Assembly: GCF_964204645.1 (NCBI RefSeq)
Contig: NC_134030.1
Span: 22,900,210 to 22,964,209, forward strand
Length of the DNA stretch: 64,000 nt
Direction: 5' to 3'
Source: Tubulanus polymorphus
Lineage: Eukaryota; Animalia; Nemertea
A program made the translations under genes and the position numbers. Shown here one piece after another: positions 1 to 12,000 of this stretch; position 1 is the first letter of the stretch, and every line of letters starts with the position of its first letter. The notes below the pieces were generated by a model. It searched no databases. It was given only the letters and a program-made list of their open reading frames with translations, and was not told the origin of the DNA.

Positions 1-54
1 TCACTCTTTCACTCTCTCTCACTCTTTCACTCACTCTCTCTCTCTGAATTGTAG

Positions 55-209
55 ACTCGTGAGATTCTACAGGAAGAAGAAGAACTCTCCGAGATTGTAC
101 AGTTAGTCGGTAAAGGTTCCCTCGCTGAATCCGATAAAATCACTTTAGAAGTCGCTAAATTATTGAAAGATGATTTCCTTCAACAAAACGGATATTCATC
201 GTACGATAA
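55..209 (+). CDS. ATP6V1A: V-type proton ATPase catalytic subunit A, third-last coding exon (gene begins upstream of window)
   Basis: A pyrimidine tract and TAG acceptor end at 54. The exon translates [51 protein letters not shown], matching the conserved V-ATPase A C-terminal region. Donor GTAAGT at 210 (phase 2). Confidence 0.97.
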
Positions 210-283
210 GTAAGTACGCCCGACCTCTCGACACGTCACATGTTCGAGGTTCACGTGATGTTTATAAATGTTTGTTATTTCAG

Positions 284-455
284 ATTTTGTCCGTTCTATA
301 AAACGGTTGGAATGTTAAAGAATATGATCACATTCTACGACAGCGCTCGCCATGCGGTAGAAACAACTGCTCAGAGCGATAATAAAATCACCTGGGCAAT
401 CATTAGAGATAGTTTATCAAATATCATGTATAAACTAACCAGTATGAAATTCTCT
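284..455 (+). CDS. ATP6V1A: V-ATPase subunit A, penultimate coding exon
   Basis: TTTCAG acceptor ends at 283 after a 74-bp intron. Split codon AA|A = K, then [57 protein letters not shown]. Donor GTAAGT at 456. Confidence 0.97.
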
Positions 456-547
456 GTAAGTATTCATCCACTCTTAATCCACTTCCACTTGTTCCCAGTT
501 CCACTCTCGATTCATTTCCACTGGTACCCAGTTCCACTCTAGATCGA

Positions 548-1072
548 CAGTTCTGGATCAAGTTCCACAGTTCTGAACCCAGTTCCACAGTTCTGAACCC
601 AGTTCCTCATCCAGTTTCACAGTCCTGTATCCAGTTCCACAGTTCTGAACCCAGTTCCACAGTTCTGAACCCAGTTCCACAGATCTGAACCCAGTTCCAC
701 GGTTCTGTATCCAGTTGCAAAGTTCTGGATCCAGTTCCACAGTTCTGGATCCAGTTTCACAGTTCTGGACCAAGTTCTACAATTCTGGATCCAGTTCCGC
801 TGTTCTGGATCCAACACAGTTCTGGATCCAGTTCCACAGTTCTGGATCCAGTTCCGCAGTTCAGGATCCAGTTCTACAGTTTTGGATCCAGTTCCACAGT
901 TCTGGATCCAGTTCCACAGTTCTGGATCCAGTTCCGCAGTTCAGGATCCAGTTCTACAGTTTTGGATCCAGTTCCACAGTTCTGGATCCAGTTCCACAGT
1001 TCTGGATCCAGTTCCGCTGTTCTGGATCCAGTTCCACAGTTCTGGATCCAGTTCCACAATTCTGGTCCCAGT
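548..1072 (-). repeat. 20-bp satellite array (about 26 units) in the last intron of V-ATPase A
   Basis: Tandem CTGGATCCAGTTCCACAGTT, the reverse complement of the 9.1-18.3 kb satellite monomer. Confidence 0.95.
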
Positions 1073-1213
1073 GCAAGTCTGGCAATTGTCCAGGGGATAA
1101 TTTTAGTAGAATCTGTATACATGAAATGTTATCGATGTTGATACTGCTGTTGCCATGCTAATGCTGCTGCTGTTGCCATGCTAATACTGCTGCTGCTGTT
1201 TTTGTTGTTTCAG

Positions 1214-1306
1214 GATCCGTTGAAAGATGGAGAAACAAAAATCAGAAGTGACTTCGAAGCTTTGAACGAAGAAATCCTACAAGGATTCCGAAATCTAGAA
1301 GACTAA
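1214..1306 (+). CDS. ATP6V1A: V-ATPase subunit A, last coding exon
   Basis: TTTCAG acceptor ends at 1213. DPLKDGETKIRSDFEALNEEILQGFRNLED* matches the typical metazoan C-terminus. Stop TAA at 1304-1306. Confidence 0.97.
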   Translation, partial: DPLKDGETKIRSDFEALNEEILQGFRNLED

Positions 1307-1688
1307 ATAATTAGCGAACACTGGTAACCAGTCCAAACATCGAAGACCAGTCTATCCATTGCAGTCGCTGGAAACCAGTCCAAACGTTGGACAGCAGACT
1401 ATCATTCACACTGGAAACCAGTCCAAAAGTTATAAAACTAGTCAGCTTTACGCGTGTTTGAACAAAATCTTCAAATATAGAAACACAATAGAATACATAG
1501 TTTTAGTGGATTCTGTATCAATTTATTATATATATATGTGTATAATGTGTATCATACTGTATGTATCAGGATACCGTATCATGCAATGTATCATATACAA
1601 AACGACCAGAATTATATCATGTATTTCGGGGGTTTGAAGTTTGCTGGAATTTCATACGAATGACTTCTGAATGAATTTTGGCGTTAGC

Positions 1689-1694
1689 AATAAA
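1689..1694 (+). promoter_or_regulatory. Candidate polyadenylation signal of V-ATPase A
   Basis: AATAAA about 380 nt after the stop, followed by GT/T-rich sequence. An alternative AATAAA lies near 1985. Confidence 0.45.
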
Positions 1695-2444
1695 ATCGAT
1701 GTGTTTATTTCATGCGTTGTGGATTTGCGTATCGAGTTTAAACTGAGTTTAAACCGAGTTTAAACTCGGGTCTACTGTATTTATTCAATGTCTGTAAATA
1801 TATAAGATTATTATGCGAATTTAGTAAATATATAGTGTGTTACGAAATAAGTGTTCTTCGTATTAGACCTAAACATTGGAAATAGAAGCTGACATTAATT
1901 ATTGATTATTGCAGTTGGAAACATGTGTGATAGTGGTTAGTTTTAATGGACTGGGTTTTCAATCTCTAGACTCGTACTAAGATAAATAAAAGGTATTTTA
2001 AAGATGATTTCAGATGATAACATCGTATAAGGCTCATCGGTGCTAAAACCGATCACACACTTTGGACTAATGGACTTGACTGGGTCCTGAGGTTAAATTG
2101 AGTCCCAGTCTATAAAACTTGTTTGAATATAAGACATTGAGGCTTTTAAAAAACCCTATCGAATTATATAGAATTATATATAGGTATTTTACTGGTACTG
2201 GTAGAAAACTGTGCTTGAATATAGGAATATATGATACATTGAATCTGTTAGAAAATGGTTGCACATTCCAAAAACTAATACCTGTTGTTATATCTAACGG
2301 AAAGAGTTCGGTAGAAAATTCTTACTTCCTGTGTATAAAAAATGTGGAATTCATTGTAAAATCAAAACCTGTCAAATAAAATACATGTAAAATTCGACAT
2401 CAACAAATAGTCGAATTGTTAATAATTTCTATCATCACGATGAG

Positions 2445-2550
2445 ACCGAGGATTCATTGATAATCTCATGAGGGTTCATTGAGGATCTCGTGACGATTCA
2501 TTGAGAATTTCATGAGGATTCATTGATAATCTCGCGAGGATTCATTGATT
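2445..2550. repeat. About 22-bp minisatellite, about 5 copies
   Basis: Repeats of GAGGATTCATTGATAATCTC(A/G)(T/C). Confidence 0.8.
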
Positions 2551-3249
2551 AGGATTTTCTGGTCACTGGTTCCTCAACCTGCTTGTAATCCTCTTTCTAA
2601 GTAACTCAAACGATTTCTTAAGTCTATCTACGTATCCATTTTTATTTTCTCTTAGCCGGAAGTACATTCTATCGCTCAAGCGCTGATCGCTTCTCTCAAA
2701 GACTGATCTCCCCTTTTATATCGTTTACTGTTTAGAAACGCGTGTGCAGGCTCTTAACACCACATGGTATTCATACGTCACAACATTCCACCGACCCATG
2801 TATGGAATGTTTTGGTCCTACACACGTCACAATATTCTAAATATACTTTTGCACTCGCCAGAGCTCATGGCCACACCATAGGCATAATTAGGTTTCCTTA
2901 AGCGGATACATAAACACCTGAAAATATCTGAAAGTACAAACATCTGAAGGACACTGGTTCTGGTGACCTTCAGTAGAAGATGATGCGAGTGTTATAGTGA
3001 AATGTGTCAAGTGTCATTGTTTATTGTTCTCGTGACGATACATGACCCGCGCTTAACCGGTTTCATCCAGTTTAGATGTGCGGATTGTATACCCTTTAGC
3101 CAATCAACGACGAGTATGACGAATAATGCGTCCAATCACTGATGAGGATTTTCGGACGCGGTGACGACGCGGTTGTCTCTACAACGAAAATCAACCATAA
3201 ATTTATCCGTGAAATTAACATCAATAGTTGTTAAGTAGAATGTTCAATG

Positions 3250-3335
3250 ATCGCGCAGTGGAATAAAGCGGTATGTTGCGATTCACTTTGATCGGTGCTG
3301 ACTGAGAATAAGTGGGTTCGAGTCCCGCTAGCGGT
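3250..3335 (+). mobile_element. Degenerate tRNA-derived (SINE-like) segment in the GPCR1 3' flank; inverted copies at about 6505-6590 and 6710-6790
   Basis: B-box GGTTCGAGTCC at about 3315-3325 with a weak A-box-like GCGCAGTGG upstream. No complete cloverleaf. Confidence 0.45.
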
Positions 3336-3408
3336 GCTTTTACTTTAACGCCGCATATCGGGGGCCGAAGATGTAAAACAAGATTAAAGAACATTATTGA
3401 CTCATTAG

Positions 3409-4404
3409 CTATCCGCCATGTTTACCAGCTGAGCCCACGCAGCTTAAAGCGCCAGCTCTGACATCGTTACGGAATGAACTGCTGCATATGAATATGAAAG
3501 CATTGATCCAGTGATTGATGCTGGCGATGTAGGCAGCAGCCAATTCCCCCAAACCCAAAAACATCGCGTAATTCTGATAAACACAGCTCGCCAAATAGAA
3601 ATCGTACGTTTCCACAAGACTCCCTTTCTCGAACAACAGGAGATAGATGAGGCCTTTTAGAAACGACAAGAAGAAAAAAGCGACCGATGTAGAAACGACT
3701 AAAACTGTGATCTTTTTCGCGGCTGCCTTTTTCTTATCGTCTGCACCCTGTTGGTTTGACATATTCGCCGAGCCGCGAACCCCGTATATGATCGCCCCGT
3801 TAGCGATGGCCATCACGAATATCGGTAGATATATATCCATGATATTGTTGTAATGGAAATACCACAAGTAGACAGTGACGTAAGGTATGCGACAGTTTGT
3901 GACCGTTCCGTTCATGATGTCCCGTCCTTCGAATAGCGCCGACCAGACGAGCTGGATTATGATCAGTACAGCACTCGTAACGGCTATCGCTCGCTTAGCT
4001 CTACCTACAGTGCACAGAGTGGCAGCTTGAAGAGGTTTAGAAACGGCTACAGCGCGATCAACCGTCATCAGAACCAAGATCCAAACAGCTATCTGTTTCG
4101 GGCAGATAGTATGAAACGCTTTGATGATACAACCAGCGCGATTCGATTTGATACGATACATGTCAATCAAATGCGTTACCGAGATACAGACCATCGCGTA
4201 CAAGTCAGCCCCGCCCAGAAATAACATGTAGAAATGACCGGCACTGGATGGCGCTTTTTTGTACGTCCCGAAAGCGATCAGAACCAAACCGATCAAACTC
4301 AATATCGGGTACGAATAATCTAAGGCGTACATCAATGGATTCAGGAAATACATCATCCAACTCATGTCAGCGGGTTGACAACTTCCGGTTTTGTTTCCTA
4401 CCAT
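3409..4404 (-). CDS. Orphan rhodopsin-like (class A) GPCR, 331 aa, single coding exon; divergent FMRFamide-receptor-like / putative chemoreceptor
   Basis: Seven hydrophobic segments; TM2 LGGADL; Cys at the top of TM3; LMTVDRAVAVSKPL (DRY-type); ECL2 Cys; TM5 YLP..AN; TM7 INHWINAFIF; helix 8 SSFR; N-terminal NKT sequon. Splice acceptor (TTTTCACATTCAACAG) 6 nt upstream of the ATG. Confidence 0.93.
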   Translation of the reverse strand: MVGNKTGSCQPADMSWMMYFLNPLMYALDYSYPILSLIGLVLIAFGTYKKAPSSAGHFYMLFLGGADLYAMVCISVTHLIDMYRIKSNRAGCIIKAFHTICPKQIAVWILVLMTVDRAVAVSKPLQAATLCTVGRAKRAIAVTSAVLIIIQLVWSALFEGRDIMNGTVTNCRIPYVTVYLWYFHYNNIMDIYLPIFVMAIANGAIIYGVRGSANMSNQQGADDKKKAAAKKITVLVVSTSVAFFFLSFLKGLIYLLLFEKGSLVETYDFYLASCVYQNYAMFLGLGELAAAYIASINHWINAFIFICSSSFRNDVRAGALSCVGSAGKHGG

Positions 4405-4909
4405 TTCGACCTGTTGAATGTGAAAAGCGAGGAATCGTTTTAAGTTTTCAAAGACTTTTTTAAAGAGTTTTTAAAGACTCGCTAGTGCTCAGCCATGCAT
4501 GACTTATTCTTGGCATTTTCAAAAATCCATCTTCAAGAAAACATCCAGGCCGACCAACCTTATTCCCCAAAAACTTATTTCAATCATAGTTAATGAATAA
4601 TTAATCTAAAGCAACATATTTTCTGATACACCGCGTATATTCCAACCCGTTTCTATTGGCATTATCTCATTTCTAATAACTACTGGATATTGTTCATAAG
4701 ATCAATGATGAATTCCCATCAGACCAGTTTGTATTATTGAGGTTATTTATATATCAGTTCAGCTGATATTTAATGGTTTTTCCTCATTTTTTATTACTTC
4801 GAGTTATTTCCAAATTCTCTGTCATTTCATTCATGTTCTAATTATTTCCAAAATATCTAAACATGCTATTTTACAGTTGAAATTTTCTAAAAGTACAAAA
4901 TCTACTCAC

Positions 4910-5065
4910 AACAACAAGTTTTCTCTTGAATTCCTATAAACACTAACAATACGTAGATTCCTGCTGCTGTTAATATCTCAGATATCTCGAATCTCTGTTT
5001 ATCTCGATTATGAACCGTTCCTGTCTGTAAGGCGTTGTTTTATAATCAGTTTTTCAACCAATCGG
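4910..5065 (-). promoter_or_regulatory. Candidate non-coding first exon and core promoter of GPCR1
   Basis: Minus-strand donor GTGAGT at 4909 pairs with the acceptor at 4411. TATAAAA on the minus strand at 5038-5044 and a CCAAT at about 5058. Inferred from motif geometry only. Confidence 0.45.
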
Positions 5066-5181
5066 TGAGCCGAATTTTGAAGTGTCGTCGTAAACTCAAC
5101 GGAGCAAAGACAGACTCAACTGGACAGATCAAAACCATTCTATCGATAAATACCCGACAAACAAAATGGTTTCGGCGTCCG

Positions 5182-5315
5182 GGCTGAGAGTGTGCAGGGT
5201 TCTGACTGAGGGTGTGCAGGGTTCTGACTGAGAGTGTGCAGGGTTCTGGCTGAGAGTGTGCAGGGGTCTGGCTGAGAGTGTGCAGGGGTCTGGCTGAGGA
5301 GGGTGTGCAGGGTTA
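5182..5315. repeat. About 22-bp minisatellite, about 6 copies
   Basis: Tandem CTGAGAGTGTGCAGGG(T/G)TCTG(A/G). Confidence 0.9.
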
Positions 5316-6077
5316 GTCCAGGCTAAGAGGTAACATGAGTAAAGAAGTTGGCTGAATGTAAGGACTGAGTTGTATGTTTGGCGATGAAATCTTTGATTGT
5401 GTGTTTGTGTGTGTGACCCCACCTCGAAATAATCAATAACTAGTCACGTCGTTTCGTCCATCAGTTAGCAATCTAACACAGGAAGTGACGAGATAATTCA
5501 AACAGTAGACCACACACGTGAACGCGGAGATAGCTTTCAATAAAACACGCCATACACATTTTATCGACAATAAATCGTAATTAGCGATTTATAGCAGCAG
5601 ATGATTACTGAGCTTAAAAAGAACGCGACCAATGAGTATAGCCTACTTAACTTCACTTTTACAAACACTCAATATTCACTTTATATTCCCTGATAGTTAA
5701 ATGGAAAACGCCTTTATTTCACTATCGTCGTTTAGCAGCAGTTTTTAATCTATTGCAGGTGATCATCAAATTACAAAGAACCTGCTGATATCATCCCTAA
5801 TTTGCTCCTCTCGAAAATCTGTACAACTCGTTAACTAGAGGCATTACCATTAAAAACGTTGTAAAACTAACAATGCGGCTGAAGCTTTCTGAGCGATTTA
5901 TTCTAGATAAATATTTAATTTCTATTCTGGAAATGTTATCTCTGATAATGATCCACTGTTTGTATTAGAATTAAGTGCAGAAATAAATTATTTTGTCAAT
6001 TAAATGCATTAAAGTGTCAAGCATGAAGTTTTGAAACGCATATTGATGAGTGGTGAACGGCCCGGGAATAGTTATTT

Positions 6078-6146
6078 GTCGACCGGGGAGTAACCCTTTC
6101 AATTCTCCACCATTTGAAATGCTCCATGGTAGAACAGTTCAGAGGA
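6078..6146 (+). mobile_element. Possible tiny Ty3/Gypsy integrase remnant
   Basis: With indels it reads STG...(F)SPFEMLHGRTV-RG, resembling the integrase motif TGFSPFELLYGRTVRG. Very short. Confidence 0.3.
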
Positions 6147-6319
6147 AGAAGAAAGATTTAAAAACGAGAACAAAATCAAATTTGCCTAAAGACCGTCAAC
6201 GCAGGCATCTCCGGTGAAAGATAGAGAATAAATGAAGAAAGATGCAGAAGATGAGAAACAGATATCTAAATACGAGGTCTCTTCTCTAGAATTACTGACT
6301 GCTGAAGATATTCGGACCG

Positions 6320-6434
6320 TTAGGTCTTGTAGAATTGTGTCGCAAGCATCAATCACTGGATCGATGCTTCCGTAATGATGTCAGAACTGTGCGCTATAGG
6401 CTGCGTGGCCTCAGCTGGTAAACATGGCGGATAG
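6320..6434 (+). pseudogene. Inverted pseudogene fragment of GPCR1 (TM7 to stop); homology continues through the 3' flank to about 6670
   Basis: Encodes LGLVEL..ASINHWIDA../FRNDVR../CVASAGKHGG* versus GPCR1 LGLGEL..ASINHWINA..FRNDVR..CVGSAGKHGG*, with two deletions and a 1-bp insertion. The next ~240 bp are the reverse complement of 3175-3408. Confidence 0.9.
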
Positions 6435-6810
6435 CTAATGAGTCAGTTATGTTCATTAATCTTGTTTTACATCTTCGGCCCCGATATGCTGCCTTAAAAT
6501 AAAAGCACAGCTAGCGGGAATCGAACCCACTTATTGTCAGTCGGCACCGATCAAAGTGAATGCAACATGCCGCTTTATTCCACTGATCATGGGACAATCT
6601 ACTTAACAACTATTGACGTTAATTTCACTGATAAATTTATGGTTGATTTTCTAATTTTGTCGTAGATACAATAAATTTCGAATATTCTGAGCGACTTTAA
6701 AGTAAAAAGCACAGCTAGCGGGACTCGAACCCACTTATTGTCAGTCAGCACCGATCAACGTTAATGCAACATGCCGCTTTATTCCACTGATCATGGGACA
6801 TTATACTAAA

Positions 6811-7397
6811 AGGGCTCAGCTCATCTTTTGTATCTATTTGTGTTAGAAACCTTTATAAATACATTTTCAAAACAACAGAAAAACATTTCACCTAATACTT
6901 TATCCAAAAAGAGGGTTTTGTAGAGTGCCTGCCGCCATTTTCTCCACGTAGCAGACGCTTTTCCCCGGCTGTGACGTAGTTCGGCCCACTTCGATACGTG
7001 TTACTGCTGCTATTCATAGTGTTTTCATCACTTTAAGTCCAATAACAGTTCTAAACTGCAGCATGATGCCACATCAGCAATTATTTGGATATGTTTCACA
7101 CAGTGAGTGGATAAATAAAAGTAAAGACCCCACTGGCAGCCCAGCAGGAGTATTTCAACTGAGATCTTCAATGAGTGTATCTGGAGTGTGTGATGGGCCG
7201 GGATACGTCATCAATGTTTACATGCCTAACTTTCAATATGGCGGCTCTCATCTGCCGTAAATTCTGCTGATAACGGTATCAAAATCGTTGAATACAAGTT
7301 CATTAGGAAGAATTGGAAATTTCAACTAGCATAATGCTAAACAACAACACGAGTAGAAATGAATGGCCAATTATAATTTTTTGACTGCAGTTCCCCT
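6811..7397. mobile_element. Non-autonomous Kolobok-like DNA transposon (about 590 bp)
   Basis: It interrupts a duplicated segment at a TTAA; the empty site is visible at 6603 and 3231. Flanks TAAA|AGGG ... CTGCAGTTCCCCT|TTAA. AG..CT termini and a TTAA target fit Kolobok. Symmetric internal motifs GCCGCCATTT / AATATGGCGGC. Confidence 0.75.
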
Positions 7398-7521
7398 TTA
7401 ACAACTATTGATGTTCATTTCACGGATAAATTTATGGTTTATTTTCAAATTTTGTTGTAGATACAAAAAATTTCGAATATTCTGATCACCGTGGTTCCAT
7501 ATCTTCCACACAAGGCTCCCC

Positions 7522-7953
7522 GAATCTACATCCAGGTCGAGGGAGGGTATCTACTTCCAGGTCGAGGGAGGAGGAAATCTACAGCCAGGTCGAGGGAGGG
7601 AATCTACTTCCAGGTCGAGGGAGGAGGGAATCTACATCCAGGTCGAGGGAGGGAATCTACTTCCAGGTCGAGGGAGGGAATCTACATCCAGGTCGACGGA
7701 GGGAATCGACAGCCAGGTCGAGGGAGGGAATCTACATCCAGGTCGAGGGAGGGAATCGACAGCCAGGTCGAGGGAGGGAATCTACATCCAGGTCGACGGA
7801 GGGAATCGACAGCCAGGTCGAGGGAGGGAATCTACATCCAGGTCGAGGGAGGGAATCTACATCCAGGTCGAGGGAGGGAATCTACGGCCAGGTCGAGGGA
7901 GGGAATCTACAGCCAGGTCGAGGGAGGGAATCTACAGCCAGGTCGAGGGAGGG
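7522..7953. repeat. 25-bp G-rich minisatellite, about 17 copies
   Basis: Tandem CCAGGTCGAGGGAGGGAATCTACA(T/G). Confidence 0.95.
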
Positions 7954-8250
7954 CGAATCCAATAAAGAGACGAGACTAACAGTGCGATAGATATGATGAG
8001 TTTCTACAATACGTTTTTGTAGTTTTATTTGTTTCAAAATTACAGAATGATACTAAATAATGTGACCACCAACTCGGGAACCCAGTATAGCGTTCTTCAC
8101 AAACAAGAGGGTATCCCAGCGACAACGAGCCATCGTCCGTTCTTTCTATCAATCGCAACACAATCTTCGGATCCACTAGATCCTTGGTTGTTTGGTTCAC
8201 TTCCTGCCATCTCGTGTAACGCCAGTACTAAAATGAGAAGATAACTGAAT

Positions 8251-8372
8251 AAAACCCGCTGAGTCCCTGTGAGGAACACAACTTTAAAACCCACTGAGTC
8301 CCTGTGAGGAACACAACTTTAAAACCCACTGAGTCCCTGTGAGGAGCACAACTTTAAAACCCACTGAGTCCA
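8251..8372. repeat. 35-bp minisatellite, about 3.5 copies
   Basis: AAAACCCACTGAGTCCCTGTGAGGAACACAACTTT. Confidence 0.9.
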
Positions 8373-8652
8373 AGCGCTGTTAATGAAGCACGTCTTAAAA
8401 ATTTAAACCCATTAATGCAGTTGGTATAGAAGATAACAATAGCCACACGTGGATCAAGTACAGTAAAGACGGGTATAGTTGAACCAGAACACAATGTAAA
8501 ACTTGAAACAGATATCAATAAATCATAATCGCTGGATTTCAGCCTGGAGCCAGTAACACACAGTACCACACAGTACCACATGTATAATGTGTATCAGGAT
8601 AAAACATTTAAAATATACTGAAACAAAGTTTACTTGCCTAATTCGAGTTTTC

Positions 8653-8818
8653 GGGGTCATTCATTTATTATGTACGCGTTAGGGGAGGGGGAGGGGGTCA
8701 GTGCAATTGCGTACTGTAATACTTAATGTATACGAAAAAATGGCCGATTTTGCGTACAGGGGGGAGGGGGGGTTGAAAAATTCAGATTTTATGCGTACGT
8801 AATAAATGAATGATCCCT
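8653..8818. mobile_element. MITE (about 165 bp) with about 25-bp TIRs, possibly PIF/Harbinger type
   Basis: GGGGTCATTCATTTATTATGTACGC ... GCGTACGTAATAAATGAATGATCCC, with TTTC on both flanks. Confidence 0.85.
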
Positions 8819-9095
8819 TTTCGGGGTCCCTCAAAATTATCTGTCGAGATATTACTGGAGTGCGACAGCAGCTGACAGAAACTGATATCAATAAAATTGA
8901 TTTTTTCATCGAACTTTGAGATCAAATTATGGATCCTGTAACCTCTATGTACTTAATTTTCATCTCTAACATTTCTACACCTGAATTAAAAAGAAAAATG
9001 GGAATTTAACATATCAAGTTCGTTAAATGTTTTCAAATATTTGCATGTACGAAATCCACAGTAAGAACCCAGTCCCATATAGATGTGAGTTGGAC

Positions 9096-12000
9096 AACTG
9101 TGGAACTGGATCCAGAACTGTGAAACTGGATCCAGAACTGTGAAACTGAGTCCAGAACTGTGAAACTGAGTCCAGAACTGTAGAACTGAGTCCAGAACTG
9201 TAGAACTGGATCCAGAACTGTAGAACTGGATCCTGAACTGTAGAACTGAGTCCAGAACTGTAGAACTGAGTCCAGAACTGTGAAACTGAGTCCAGAACTG
9301 TAGAACTGAGTCCAGAACTGTAGAACTGAGTCCAGAACTGTAGAACTGAGTCCAGAACTGTAGAACTGAGTCCAGAACTGTAGAACTGAGTCCAGAACTG
9401 TAGAACTGGATCCAGAACTGTAGAACTGAGTCCAGAACTGTAGAACTGAGTCCAGAACTGTAGAACTGAGTCCAGAACTGTGAAACTGGATCCAGAACTG
9501 TGGAACTGAGTCCAGAACTGTAGAACTGAGTCCAGAACTGTAGAACTGAGTCCAGAACTGTAGAACTGAGTCCAGAACTGTGAAACTGGATCCAGAACTG
9601 TGGAACTGAGTCCAGAACTGTAGAACTGAGTCCAGAACTGTAGAACTGGATCCAGAACTGTAGAACTGAGTCCATAACTGTGAAACTGAGTCAAGAACTG
9701 TAGAACTGAGTCCAGAACTGTAGAACTGGATCCAGAACTGTAGAACTGGATCCTGAACTGTAGAACTGAGTCCAAAACTGTAGAACTGAGTCCAGAACTG
9801 TAAAACTGGATCCAGAACTGTAGAACTGAGTCCAGAACTGTAGAACTGAGTCCAGAACTGTGAAACTGAGTCCAGAACTGTAGAACTAAGTCCAAAACTG
9901 TGAAACTGAGTCCAGAACTGTAGAACTGAGTCCAGAACTGTAGAACTGGATCCAGAACTGTAGAACTGGATCCTGAACTGTAGAACTGAGACCAGAACTG
10001 TAGAACTGAGTCCAGAACTGTAAAACTGGATCCAGAACTGTAGAACTGAGTCCAGAACTGTAGAACTGAGTCCAGAACTGTGAAACTGAGTCCAGAACTG
10101 TAGAACTAAGTCCAAAACTGTAGAACTGAGTCCAGAACTGTAGAACTGAGTCCAGAACTGTAGAACTGGATCCAGAACTGTAGAACTGAGTCCAGAACTG
10201 TAGAACTCAGTCCAGAACTGTAGAACTGAGTCCAGAACTGTGAAACTGGATCCAGAACTGTGGAACTGAGTCCAGAACTGTAGAACTGAGTCCAGAACTG
10301 TAGAACTGGATCCAGAACTGTAGAACTGAGTCCATAACTGTGAAACTGAGTCAAGAACTGTAGAACTGAGTCCACAACTGTAGAACTGGATCCTGAACTG
10401 TAGAACTGGATCCTGAACTGTAGAACTGGATCCAGAACTGTAGAACTGAGTCCAGAACTGTAGAACTGGATCCAGAACTGTAGAACTGGATCCAGAACTG
10501 TAGAACTGAGTCCAGAACTGTAGAACTGGATCCTGAACTGTAGAACTGAGTCCAGATGTGTAAAACTGAGTCCAGAACTGTAGAACTGAGTCCACAACTG
10601 CAGAACTGAGTCCACAACTGTAGAACTGGATCCTGAACTGTAGAACTGGATCCTGAACTGTAGAACTGGATCCAGAACTGTAGAACTGAGTCCAGAACTG
10701 TAGAACTGGATCCAGAACTGTAGAACTGGATCCAGAACTGTAGAACTGAGTCCAGAACTGTGAAACTGAGTCCAGAACTGTAGAACTGAGCCCAAAACTG
10801 TAGAACTGGATCCTGAACTGTAGAACTGAGTCCAGAACTGTAGAACTGGATCCTGAACTGTAGAACTGAGTCCAGAACTGTAGAACTGGATCCAGAACTG
10901 TAGAACTGGATCCAGAACTGTAGAACTGAGTCCAGAACTGTGAAACTGAGTCCAGAACTGTAGAACTGAGTCCAAAACTGTAGAACTGGATCCTGAACTG
11001 TAGAACTGAGTCCAGAACTGTAGAACTGGATCCTGAACTGTAGAACTGAGTCCAGAACTGTAGAACTGAGTCCAGAACTGTAGAACTGGATCCAGAACTG
11101 TAGAACTGAGTCCAGAACTGTAGAACTGGATCCAGAACTGTAGAACTGGATCCAGAACTGTAGAACTGAGTCCAGAACTGTAGAACTGGATCCAGAACTG
11201 TAGAACTGAGTCCAGAACTGTAGAACTGGATCCAGAACTGTAGAATTGGATCCAGAACTGTAGAACTGAGTCCAGAACTGTAGAACTGAGTCCAAAACTG
11301 TAGAACTGGATCCAGAACTGTAGAACTGAGTCCAGAACTGTAGAACTGGATCCAGAACTGTAGAACTGAGTCCAGAACTGTAGAACTGAGTCCAGAACTG
11401 TGAAACTGAGTCCAGAACTGTAGAACTGGACCCAGAACTGTAGAACTGGACCCAACTGTAGATCTGGGTTCAGAACTGTGGAACTGGGTTCAGAACTGTG
11501 GAACTGGGTTCAGAACTGGGGAACTGAGTTCAGAACTGTGGAACTGGGTTCAGAACTATGGGCCTGGGATCAGAACTATAGAACTGGACCCAGAACTGTA
11601 GAACTGGACCCAGAACTGTAGAAATGAGTCCAGAACTGTAGAACTGGGTTCAGAACTGTGAAACTGAGTGCAGAACAGTGAAACTGGATTCAGAACTGTA
11701 GAACTGGGTTCATAACTGTGGAACTGGGTTCAGAACTGTGGAACTGGGTTCAGAACTGAGGAACTGAGTTCAGAACTGTGGAACTGGGTTCAGAACTGTG
11801 GAACTGGGTTCAGAACTGTGGAACTGGGTTCAGAACTATGGGCCTGGGATCAGAACTATAGAACTGGACCCAGAACTGTAGAACTGGACCCAGAACTGTA
11901 GAAATGAGTTCAAAACTGTGGAACTGAGTGCAGAACAGTGAAACTGGATTCAGAACTGTAGAACTGGGTTCATAACTGTGGAACTGGGTTCAGAACTGTG

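Noticed and set aside
240-542. 100-aa ORF as a standalone gene
   Set aside because: It is V-ATPase A exon 284-455 plus flanking intron sequence.
3175-6670. Composite transposon with TIRs carrying GPCR1
   Set aside because: The inverted arms include GPCR coding sequence and 3' flank, and there is no TSD. An inverted gene duplication explains them better.
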